From a virus: a stretch of 64,000 nucleotides of DNA. The stretch is from IMG/VR virus record IMGVR_UViG_3300027742_000001, positions 1-64,000 of that record. One strand, 5' to 3'. Within the stretch, counting starts at the first letter, position 1, and each line of letters begins with the position of its first letter. The notes under the pieces are model-generated. The model searched no databases. It was not told where the DNA came from and saw only the letters and a program-made list of their open reading frames with translations. A program made the position numbers and the translations under genes. This document shows positions 55,730-64,000 of the stretch, piece after piece.

Positions 55730-56674
55730 TTAATTTAATTTATCTATGTTAAAAACATCTTTGTTAAATACTTCTGTATTGCCATTTGGTAAAAAACATT
55801 CTTTTCTTTTTACCTTATATTCTTTATAAAGATTTAAGTACCTTAGTTCTTCTTTGTAAGCATCTTCCCCTTTTAAGTATTTAGTAGATAGTAGTAAAAG
55901 AGGCTCATGCTCTCTAAACTCCTTAGCTCTAAATCTTTCTTTAATAGTGTTATCTTTAGTCGTTATTCCTATCTTGTAATAGTATTTCCCTTTATTTGTA
56001 AATCTGATATAATATAACCAAGTTGGTTTATCATAATAAGCTATAAATGTATTATCTGAGCTTCCCCTTTTCTCTTGTTTACATTCCTTACAAGATATAT
56101 GTCCTTTATATAAATGACTGATATGGCAGTCAAATATTGTATTATGCTCTAAACATTTTACACTATGTCTTCTTAATATTCTATCATGTTTTAATACTTC
56201 AAATTTATTAGGAAAAATAGAATCTACTTTATTTTGATAATATTCAAGGTCTTTTATTTGTTTATCTGAAGCATTTTTAGAGGCACACTCTTTACAAGTA
56301 TGCTTACCTTGTAATACTTCATAAGCGATTTGTTCAAACCATTTATTATGAATATTACATTTTAAGGTTACTTTATCATCTATTGTTTTATAGACTACTT
56401 TAGATAAATCTAATTTGTCACCCCATACCTCTTTAACTTTTTCTAAAAATCCTTTAGTAGTATGTTTATGTATCCTACCTTCACATTGAGGACACTTATT
56501 ACTTCTTTTATAGTTACCAAGTGTTCTATAAAACACATGATTACAATTTTTACAAGTAAATTTTATATTACTTTTAGCATTTTTATAATCTTTTTCATCA
56601 AAATAGAACTTACCATTTACAAGTTGAATCAATAACTTCTTAGTTTGTTCTACAGTTCTTTTCTTTTTTATCAT
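55730..56674 (-). mobile_element. Free-standing homing endonuclease-like gene (Zn-ribbon repeats + GIY-YIG-like)
   Basis: CxxC/CxxH repeats; LYYI...YKIGIT...RF...E...GNTEVF; same architecture as 20852..22003. Confidence 0.75.
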
Positions 56675-56677
56675 CCA

Positions 56678-56787
56678 TTAGCCTTTCTTACTAAGTGTCA
56701 GCTTAGTTTATTAATTTAAAGTAAGACCTCCTCTGACACAAAGTAGGCTATACTTTAGGAGGTCTTACTTTAAATTAATCTATTATA
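56678..56787 (-). ncRNA. Structured 5' leader (23-bp stem with two loop-downstream pairings)
   Basis: TATAAT at 56787..56782; perfect inverted repeat 56710-56732 / 56757-56779; GTGTCAG/CTGACAC and TAGCCT/AGGCTA complementarities. Confidence 0.65.
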
Positions 56788-56804
56788 TCTAAAGAGAAAG
56801 AACC

Positions 56805-56822
56805 TAGAAGAATTAACTTCTA
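56805..56822 (-). terminator. Terminator after tail tube gene
   Basis: TAGAAG-ttaatt-CTTCTA then GGTTCTTTCTCTTT. Confidence 0.55.
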
Positions 56823-58016
56823 AGCCTTTTTACTTGCTAAATACATAGCATTTCCACTTGAATCATTATTTGCCATAAATGTTAAATTTTGAGCAACTAC
56901 ACCCTCTGAGTCTGCTCTTTCAACAGAGGTTCTTGAAATATCTGCAAAGTACATAACAGCAGTATCACCATTACCATTTATCATTTCAATAAATAAAGTA
57001 GCACTTGCATTTTGTTTGAATTTAATTAGCTCTTGTAAATTTTCTAAATCTTTAGAGAAAGAGATTTCAACAGACTTAGATGTAACTAATTTTTGATAAA
57101 TACCAGTTGTATTAATACTTTCTCTATCTGCTACTGTGTTATTAATTGCAATAGAAACATCTCTTACTTGTGTAACTGTACTATCAAGACTAAATAAGAT
57201 ATTCTTTACAATAAATACATTATTAGCATCTCCACAAGTTAAGTTAGGTGGAGTAGGTTGCGATTGAGTATTAATAAATGTTTGTGTTCCATTTGCACTT
57301 GAAGAAGTAGTTAATAATTCACCTTGTGATAGGTTAAAAGTTAATGAATCAAAAACAATACCTCCAAAGTCAAGTACGGAGTCTGTATCCCCACCTTCAT
57401 ACTGTCTTACAGCTAAAGGAGCAACATCTTCTCCTAACTTTTGTAATCTATATAAATCATAAGAACCTGTTCCAGTAGTTACTTCAGTAACACTTGTTCC
57501 AGCAGTTACATTAGCCCCTTTTTCGATATAAGTTCCCATAGCATTTTTTATAACTAAATGAGGGTTTAATTTCCCAGCTTCTGTACCAGTTATAGGCAAT
57601 ACTGCAAGTTCAGCATCAATAGTACCACTATTTCCCTCTTGCCCCGATAAATTTTTACAAGCAACAAGGGATGGACTGAGATTATTTCTCTCTAATGACT
57701 CAATAGACATATTTAAACCTGAAGTTGTTTGAATAAGAACTGCATCAGCATCAACCCAAGCAGAACCAATATCAGCCCATCTATTTGTATCACTAAAATC
57801 TTCTGCTGTTAGGTCAACTCCTGTTTCATCTGCTGTACCTAAGAATCTATAAAGACTCCCACCATCACTAACAATAGTAGCAAGTGTACCTTCAGTTCTA
57901 GCTAATAAATCTGCTGAAATCTCTGTTGAAGCATAATCAGCTGTGCTAGCTTTTGCTTGACCAACAGTAGTTTCTTCACCTATTAGAACAACCGTCTGTT
58001 TAATTAATTTTGCCAT
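56820..58016 (-). CDS. Major tail tube protein
   Basis: Position between tail terminator and chaperone genes; VLIGEETTVG N-terminus, SIAINN. Confidence 0.8.
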   Translation of the reverse strand: MAKLIKQTVVLIGEETTVGQAKASTADYASTEISADLLARTEGTLATIVSDGGSLYRFLGTADETGVDLTAEDFSDTNRWADIGSAWVDADAVLIQTTSGLNMSIESLERNNLSPSLVACKNLSGQEGNSGTIDAELAVLPITGTEAGKLNPHLVIKNAMGTYIEKGANVTAGTSVTEVTTGTGSYDLYRLQKLGEDVAPLAVRQYEGGDTDSVLDFGGIVFDSLTFNLSQGELLTTSSSANGTQTFINTQSQPTPPNLTCGDANNVFIVKNILFSLDSTVTQVRDVSIAINNTVADRESINTTGIYQKLVTSKSVEISFSKDLENLQELIKFKQNASATLFIEMINGNGDTAVMYFADISRTSVERADSEGVVAQNLTFMANNDSSGNAMYLASKKA

Positions 58017-58057
58017 TAATTTTTCCTTTTAATTTAATTTTAACCCTATTTTTTGTT

Positions 58058-58483
58058 TTAAACATTACTTCTCCACTTCATTAGAAAAGCAAGTTCTCCC
58101 TCTTTTTTTGGATAACTTGTATCACTATCCCATTCACTTCCGATAAAATCTCTATCTAAAATAATCTTCCAAAGAGGATTATCACTTAAAATAGCTTTTT
58201 CAACTTTATCTTGATAATCTAAAAATTCTAACTCATCTTTCATATCAAGAAATATTAAAACTCTTATAACCATAACCCTATCATATTCACAACCAACATC
58301 AGTTCCCATATTACCATTTAATTCAGCACTTGTACCTTCAATCTTTAAATAACAACTTGGAAAAGTATCTTCTTGTGTAAGTGATTTCTTATTACCTATA
58401 TCTACTTTTTTAAATATTTTAGAATACTCTAATATAGATTTTATCTCATTAGCAATATCCCTTGTAGGTATTGTTCTACTCAT
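58058..58483 (-). CDS. Tail terminator protein
   Basis: Size, FPSCYL motif and synteny. Confidence 0.65.
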   Translation of the reverse strand: MSRTIPTRDIANEIKSILEYSKIFKKVDIGNKKSLTQEDTFPSCYLKIEGTSAELNGNMGTDVGCEYDRVMVIRVLIFLDMKDELEFLDYQDKVEKAILSDNPLWKIILDRDFIGSEWDSDTSYPKKEGELAFLMKWRSNV

Positions 58484-58496
58484 ATTTTCCCTTTAA

Positions 58497-58982
58497 TTAA
58501 TATCTTCTAAGTATTTGGTTAACACTAATGTAATATTGGTGTTTAAATATACTTTGTAGTCTTTCAAAATATCCGTTCCACTTACTTAACTTATTACTAT
58601 TTTGAAGTATCTCTGCATAGTTATATCTTTTACCTTTATATACTTTATAAACAGTATTTCCATTCTTACCACCATCTAACATATTTGTAGAAGTATGAGT
58701 GTAAGTAACTGTATTACCTTTTGTTATAAATTTAGCTTCACTAAATGATTCCATTTTAAGGTCTATTAAATTATTTAATAAGTTACCAGTTCTTTTATGT
58801 GGATAAGTAGTAATGCCATCATTTATATTAGTATTACTTAATCTTCTCTTTTGTTCATTAATAAGTTTACTTTTAAGATTATTAATTGAGTTAACTATAT
58901 TTTTAACTTTTACTTTAAAAACTTTTACCGAAGTATCTTGAATACGTTTTTTTAATTGAGTAAATCCCGTAACCTTTGCCAT
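58497..58982 (-). CDS. Neck/tail completion protein
   Basis: Basic protein with RTGNL and YAEIL motifs; synteny. Confidence 0.65.
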   Translation of the reverse strand: MAKVTGFTQLKKRIQDTSVKVFKVKVKNIVNSINNLKSKLINEQKRRLSNTNINDGITTYPHKRTGNLLNNLIDLKMESFSEAKFITKGNTVTYTHTSTNMLDGGKNGNTVYKVYKGKRYNYAEILQNSNKLSKWNGYFERLQSIFKHQYYISVNQILRRY

Positions 58983-58990
58983 GTTAAATC

Positions 58991-59755
58991 CTAATAAGTA
59001 GTAGCTAAACTAATACCTGCATAAGCATAAAATACTGTTAAAAGGTGTTTAGGTATTTCTGAATCTCGGTAAGTTGTTTCTGAACCTTCTTTATCTTGTA
59101 CTCTTGAAATTAAATCTGCTTTAGCTTTTCTTCTATCATATCTTAATTTAATAAGTTCATAAAAAGCCATCTTTAAATCATTCGGTAAAGTATCATATCC
59201 TACGTTTAAGTTTATAAGAAAAGGTTTCCTTAAATTACTTGGTGTAGTTTCTAGTTCAAATTTGTTGTTATAAATATAATAATCAGTATCTTCTGTAAGT
59301 GTTTCTCCTAAATATGTTACTGAATTAACAGTATAAGGATTAATACCAATTCTATAATCTAGTTTATCTTTTCGGGGGAATATTTCAAGGGTAAGTGTAT
59401 CAGACTCATTAATAAAAACATAGTACTTGTAGTTTATTGTAAGTGTTGTATTGTTAGGTATTGAGCCTGAGCTTAAACTTGTAATAGTTCCATCTTCATA
59501 ATTAACTGTATAATCAGTATCTTCAACATAAGTATCAATAGTTAATGATTGTATGTTCTTATGAATGAGTTGAGTTTCGGTATCGTGTACTAATAGTAAT
59601 GATTCAGAAGTTGATTCGGTATCTCTTAACAAAGCTATTCCAAAAGTTGTATATAATTCTCGTAAAACACCTAACATTATACTAGCATACTCAGTATCAT
59701 TTTTAGATTCATCAATACTAAAGCTTAATTTAAAATCTGTAAAAGAAGTTTGCAT
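58991..59755 (-). CDS. Head-tail connector/adaptor
   Basis: VGYDTLPNDLKMA; two EDTDY repeats; synteny. Confidence 0.7.
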   Translation of the reverse strand: MQTSFTDFKLSFSIDESKNDTEYASIMLGVLRELYTTFGIALLRDTESTSESLLLVHDTETQLIHKNIQSLTIDTYVEDTDYTVNYEDGTITSLSSGSIPNNTTLTINYKYYVFINESDTLTLEIFPRKDKLDYRIGINPYTVNSVTYLGETLTEDTDYYIYNNKFELETTPSNLRKPFLINLNVGYDTLPNDLKMAFYELIKLRYDRRKAKADLISRVQDKEGSETTYRDSEIPKHLLTVFYAYAGISLATTY

Positions 59756-59765
59756 TTAATCTCCT

Positions 59766-60035
59766 TTATTTAGCCTCTGTTTTAGCTTTAGTTCTTGGTG
59801 TTCTTTTTCTAGTAGTTTTTGGTTTAGGAGTTTCTTTTTTAGGTTCTTCAATTTTTGTTTCTTGTTTTTCTATCTGTTTTGTTTCTTTGACTTTATCTTC
59901 TTTAATTTCTATAAAAAGATTTGGTTGTTTTAAAAGTTCTTTACCAAGTTCCTCTGAAACTTCTACTTCACAAAATTTCTCGAAGTGAAGTCCATCAGTA
60001 ATTGTAAGACCTTTATGTCTATACTTTATCTTCAT
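59766..60035 (-). CDS. Small head-associated protein
   Basis: EVEVSEELGKELL plus Lys-rich tail; typical post-capsid ORF. Confidence 0.55.
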   Translation of the reverse strand: MKIKYRHKGLTITDGLHFEKFCEVEVSEELGKELLKQPNLFIEIKEDKVKETKQIEKQETKIEEPKKETPKPKTTRKRTPRTKAKTEAK

Positions 60036-60065
60036 TGCAATCCTTTCGACTGTACTCTATATGTT

Positions 60066-61550
60066 CTATTTTATGTGTTTAATATATACTTTGTTACCAC
60101 AATCCCAATATCTTAAGTAATCATTATTCAACATATTTTCATATTCAGTTAGATTAGAATCATATACTTCTAGTTTATCTTTTAACTTATGCTTCATAAA
60201 CTTTTGTCTATTAAGTACCTCTAAAGAGCCTTCTTTAAAATAATAATAATTAGGTTTACTTTCATGTGTAAAATAAAAACCTAATGATTCATATAAAGAA
60301 CCATCAAATATGCTCTTATCACAATAACTAACTAAAGTTCCTTTAAAGTTTCTTTCAAAGTATTTTAATAACTTACTCGCTCCTCCAATAACTGAAGTGC
60401 CTAATTTGTTACAAAATCTTATAAGTTCATAATCATGTTTATTACTAAATCTAGATTTTCCAAAAGTCATTATTGATACTAAATCATTATTATAAATTAA
60501 CCCATACTTTAATGTGCTTGAAGAATATCCTTGTAAATGATTATCATTAATAAAATCTTTTGCTTCCTTTGTGCTTAACTCAACTAAAGTACATTTTCTA
60601 GCATATATTTTATTAGTAACAATTCCTAATCTCTTTTTGATTAAATCTTTTATTATGTCTTGTTTATTAATCCATTGGTGTTCAAAGATATGTAATAATT
60701 GAATCCCTTTTTGATTTGCTACGTTTGTCTTGTTTAAGTGATAATCTTTTGTTTTACCTCTTATACCTTCTGAGTGCCAATACAATCCATTATATTCAAA
60801 CCCTATTGCTAAATCTTCAATATAAACATCTATTTCTTTTAAATCTAAAATTCTACTATTTTGAGTTATCTCTTTATCTGTTAAAGATTGAATAAATTCA
60901 TATAGTACTATTTCACCTTTAGATTTAACATTTTGACATCCACAAGAAGTTTTAGAGCCATTTCTTATATAAGTATTTTGCCATTCAAAAACTTCATCAC
61001 AAAAAGGACATTTAAACTTAGAGATATATCTATCAAAATCTTTGTGCTTTTTTATATTAGGTTCAACTACCTCAATATTATTTAAAGTTTGACCTTTTTT
61101 TGGTTTTTGTTTTCTTAATGTACACCCACATGATTTTCTACCTTTTTTACTAACCTCTTTAATAGTAGTAATAAAAGAATCTCCACAGTCTACACATTTA
61201 AACTTAGCTTTTCTATCTTTATGACTTGATTCAGTTTTTTCAATAGGAAATAATTCAAGTATCTCTACATTATATTTACCAATCTTTTGTCCTACTTTAT
61301 ACTTATTGTAAGGTAATTGACACCCACAAGATATTTTAGCATTAGTTCTCCCTCGTATAACGTGGTCTAAACTAGCTTCAAAAGGTTCTTTACAAAAAGG
61401 ACATTCAAAAATAGCTCTCTTTTGACTTCTATTTTTACCTTCAGGAATCCAATAATCAGTAAGCATTTTAACTTTCTGAGTTCCTACGTAATCACCTTTA
61501 TTATATTTTCTATTTCTTAGTTTATTTTGCTTATTTTTTTCTGTATCCAA
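60066..61550 (-). mobile_element. Hef/Vsr-like PD-(D/E)XK endonuclease with Zn-ribbon repeats and a C-terminal Mom-like GNAT domain
   Basis: Three CxxC...SCGC repeats; SKGE...EIDVYI...FEYNGLYWHS; ELIRFC...GGASKLL...VSYCD...GSLYESLGF; RYWDCG. Confidence 0.75.
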
Positions 61551-61636
61551 CTATTAACTCCTTTTTGTTTTACTATAACATAAGGTAGCTTAATAATTAC
61601 TTAATACAAATACTAAGATATTGGGATTGTGGTAAC
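60093..61636. repeat. Perfect 23-bp inverted repeat pair (60093-60115 and 61614-61636)
   Basis: GTTACCACAATCCCAATATCTTA versus TAAGATATTGGGATTGTGGTAAC. Confidence 0.95.
61572..61604 (-). promoter_or_regulatory. Phage promoter, copy 13 (endonuclease gene)
   Basis: TTAAG-N6-TTAAG-N11-TATAGT on the minus strand, followed by AAGGAG and TTG. Confidence 0.7.
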
Positions 61637-61639
61637 TAA

Positions 61640-61663
61640 ACTAGAAGAAATTAATCTTCTAGT
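61640..61663 (-). terminator. Hairpin after major capsid gene (weak U-tract)
   Basis: ACTAGAAGA-ttaatt-TCTTCTAGT. Confidence 0.65.
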
Positions 61664-61669
61664 CTTTTA

Positions 61670-62911
61670 CTAAGCTATATTATATCCTAATACAACATAT
61701 TTTCTATCTGTATCAACTGGGAAGTTAGTTTCAGTACTATCATATAAACCACCAAACCCAACTCTACTTCTCATAGCCCAAGCTTGAGTATCATTTTTGA
61801 TATTTTCATCAGTTTTAACAGTTGTAGAACCAGCTTTCATATATGCTTTTAAGAAATCAACATTAGCCATGATTAATGAACCAAATGTATTTGAAGAAGT
61901 TTCAATGATTCCAGTAGCACCAACTTGAGGCATAAAGTCTAGTTGATATAGAGGCATACCATTAAATCTAGTTACAATATCACCATTACTAATGATTTGT
62001 CTTTCAAATACATCAGTAAATCTTGACATTCTTTGATAAGTTTTAAGGTCAGCAAATAAAGCAACTTTTCCTAAAGAAATTTGAGTATTAGTCATATATT
62101 TCCCACCTGAAGTTTGCATTTCAAATACTTTATCAAGGAATTGTGTATCAGATAGAGTTGAACCCCCAAAGTTTACTTTAGCTTTTTCAAAACCTAATCT
62201 TCTGATTCCTTTGAATTGAGTGATAGGGTTAGAAGCAGTTACAGCATTTCCATCAATATCAGTTTTATCCCAATCAGTACCATCAAATTCAGCTACAACA
62301 TTGTGTCCATTAGTAATTGCGTTTTCAAATGCTTCAGCGAAACCTTGTTGCATATCTCTAATAACACCAACAGCTAAATCAATCATAGAATCTTCTAAAG
62401 ACTCAGTTGAGATAACAGCATAAGACATTACTTTATCAACAACATATCTGAAGTGAGTGAAAGTTTGGTCAGAAGCAGTTGCGTCATCACCTTCTCCAAC
62501 TCTAAATACATTTAATCTAGTGTCTTGTAATGCTCTAGTAATAGATACATCCATAACTTCTTCCATTGGAATTAATGAAGAAAGTTTAATTGAATTCCAA
62601 GCATCTAAAATTAGTTGCCCTGAAGGTCCTGAAGGAATTAAATCACTAATATCAGAAGTTAAAAGTGATTTAGTAACACCTTTTGTTTCAGCATATGCTA
62701 AAATATCTTCTACATCTTCTTGTCCAAAAGACAACCCATTTTTTTCTTTAATAGACTTAACAGCCCAAGCAACATCTAATACTCTCATATCTTCTTTAGT
62801 TGCTCTTTTAACATTATAAGATGTATAATCTTTTGGAGCATTTGCTTTTGGCATTTTAGTTTCAGCTTTTTGTGAAACTTTCTTTTCAATCATTTTGTCA
62901 AATTTAGACAT
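61670..62911 (-). CDS. Major capsid protein (HK97 fold)
   Basis: LIP, RVGEG, ISTESLEDSMIDL, FENAITNG, FKGIR, RFNGMP, RVGFG. Confidence 0.9.
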   Translation of the reverse strand: MSKFDKMIEKKVSQKAETKMPKANAPKDYTSYNVKRATKEDMRVLDVAWAVKSIKEKNGLSFGQEDVEDILAYAETKGVTKSLLTSDISDLIPSGPSGQLILDAWNSIKLSSLIPMEEVMDVSITRALQDTRLNVFRVGEGDDATASDQTFTHFRYVVDKVMSYAVISTESLEDSMIDLAVGVIRDMQQGFAEAFENAITNGHNVVAEFDGTDWDKTDIDGNAVTASNPITQFKGIRRLGFEKAKVNFGGSTLSDTQFLDKVFEMQTSGGKYMTNTQISLGKVALFADLKTYQRMSRFTDVFERQIISNGDIVTRFNGMPLYQLDFMPQVGATGIIETSSNTFGSLIMANVDFLKAYMKAGSTTVKTDENIKNDTQAWAMRSRVGFGGLYDSTETNFPVDTDRKYVVLGYNIA

Positions 62912-62937
62912 TTATCTTTCCTTGTTTTAATTTTGTT

Positions 62938-63999
62938 TTAATCTTCTTTTGATAACTCAGCTTCAACATAAGCTTCAATTTCTTCTAACTTAGTTGCTAA
63001 TTTATCATATGCTTCTTTTATTTCTTCTGCTGAAGCTTCTTCTAACTTAATATCTAAGATACTAGGTTTTTGAGGAGCAGATTCAACTTTTTGTTCAACA
63101 TCTTCCTTTGGAGTTTCCTCTTTTGGAGTGTTATCAGTTGGTTGTTCTGATTGGTTTGTGGAAGTTGGTTCTTCTGAAGTTTTAGCTAAATCTTCTTTTG
63201 GTTCTTTCTCTGATTGGTTCTCTTTTGAGCTAACTTCTTCTTTCGATTCAGTTGTAGAGGTATTTGTTTCAGATACTTCATTTTCAGATTTAGTTTCTTC
63301 ATTAGGTTTAGTAGTTTCACTATTTTCAGTAGGTTTTGTTTCTTCTGTATTTTCCTTTGTTTCAACTTCTTTAGTTTTTGTTTCTTTTCCCATTTCTTTT
63401 GTATTCCCTTTTGTTTCTATTGCTTTTTCTTTAACTTCTGTTATTCTTGCAGATTCTACTTCAACAGTTTGTCTAAATGTTTCCATAGCAGAATTAATAT
63501 TAGCTAACATTTCTTCTTTATCAAAACTTTCAGACCATTTAAATTCATAAATATTATCTTGAATAGTTTCTATAAAGTAATTAAACATTTGCCATAAGTT
63601 ATCATCTATATGCCAAAACTCATTTTGAGTATCTTCAATAGTAAGACCTTTTATAATCTTTTCTTGAATCTCTTTTAGTTGTTCTTCTTTATTCATTTCT
63701 TTCCCTTTTGTTTCTTTTTCACAAGAACACTCTGAACTTGGATTAGCTTGTTTTAATTGTTCTATTTCACAACTAAATCCTATGCATTTCCCTTTATCAT
63801 CTATAATTGATTTGAGTTCTGTTTCTTCTTTTAGTTTTGGAGTATCTACTTGTTCTAACCATTTAGCTACTTCAAGAGCTTCTTTATTAGTTTTAAGACT
63901 TTTACTAGTATTTATTTTAGCTAAAGGATTGGCTCCGATAACATTACAAATAGATGTTTCATAAATAAAACCTTTTGTAAAAGAAAATATTTCATTTCC
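62938..63999 (-). CDS. Prohead protease-scaffold fusion, 5'-truncated; internal start at 63696
   Basis: Frame is open from 63999 into the 63696 ATG; IYETSICNVIGANPLA resembles the HK97 protease C-terminal motif; acidic low-complexity C-terminus. Confidence 0.75.
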   Translation of the reverse strand, partial: GNEIFSFTKGFIYETSICNVIGANPLAKINTSKSLKTNKEALEVAKWLEQVDTPKLKEETELKSIIDDKGKCIGFSCEIEQLKQANPSSECSCEKETKGKEMNKEEQLKEIQEKIIKGLTIEDTQNEFWHIDDNLWQMFNYFIETIQDNIYEFKWSESFDKEEMLANINSAMETFRQTVEVESARITEVKEKAIETKGNTKEMGKETKTKEVETKENTEETKPTENSETTKPNEETKSENEVSETNTSTTESKEEVSSKENQSEKEPKEDLAKTSEEPTSTNQSEQPTDNTPKEETPKEDVEQKVESAPQKPSILDIKLEEASAEEIKEAYDKLATKLEEIEAYVEAELSKED

Positions 64000-64000
64000 A

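Noticed and set aside
829-63964. Short antisense or off-frame track ORFs (e.g. 829, 4973, 5883, 19842, 28576, 43168, 46859, 53616, 62457, 63128, 63782)
   Set aside because: They lie within well-supported genes on the other strand or frame and lack RBSs; shadow ORFs.
1-64000. Stop-codon recoding
   Set aside because: The standard code gives full-length genes at high density, and TAG and TGA both end real genes.
1-64000. tRNA genes, integrase or repressor
   Set aside because: No cloverleaf/T-loop signature or recombinase motifs seen; lifestyle cannot be settled from this window alone.

Overview
A very AT-rich (by eye about 25-28% GC) segment of a tailed dsDNA phage genome, siphovirus type with T5/lambda-like modules. 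The plus strand (1-38.4 kb) is the early/replication arm: origin-binding SF2 helicase-like protein with a probable origin behind it, primase, SSB-like protein, lytic transglycosylase, DEAD-box helicase, DnaB-like helicase, dNMP kinase, family A DNA polymerase, flap 5'-3' exonuclease, Mre11/Rad50-like pair and a metallophosphoesterase. These core genes are separated by clusters of small hypothetical ORFs behind a fixed-spacing promoter found 13 times (TTAAG-N6-TTAA[T/G]-N11-TATAAT-like). The minus strand (38.4-64 kb) is the late arm: protease/scaffold, HK97-type capsid, neck, tail tube, frameshifted tail chaperones, tape measure, lambda M/L/K/J-like tip, fibres and an expanded lysis region. No integrase, repressor, tRNA or CRISPR was seen. 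Promoter style suggests a Campylobacterota host (inference). The most unusual signals are: (1) an intact CheY-like receiver gene plus a single-TM protein heading the holin/nuclease/spanin/endolysin cluster; (2) an endonuclease with a Mom-like GNAT domain bracketed by a perfect 23-bp inverted repeat 1.5 kb apart; (3) a 23-bp-stem leader with two pseudoknot pairings, one over the RBS, in front of another endonuclease; (4) a NUMOD1-like HTH inserted in the polymerase thumb. All calls come from motif recognition by eye; no searches were run.
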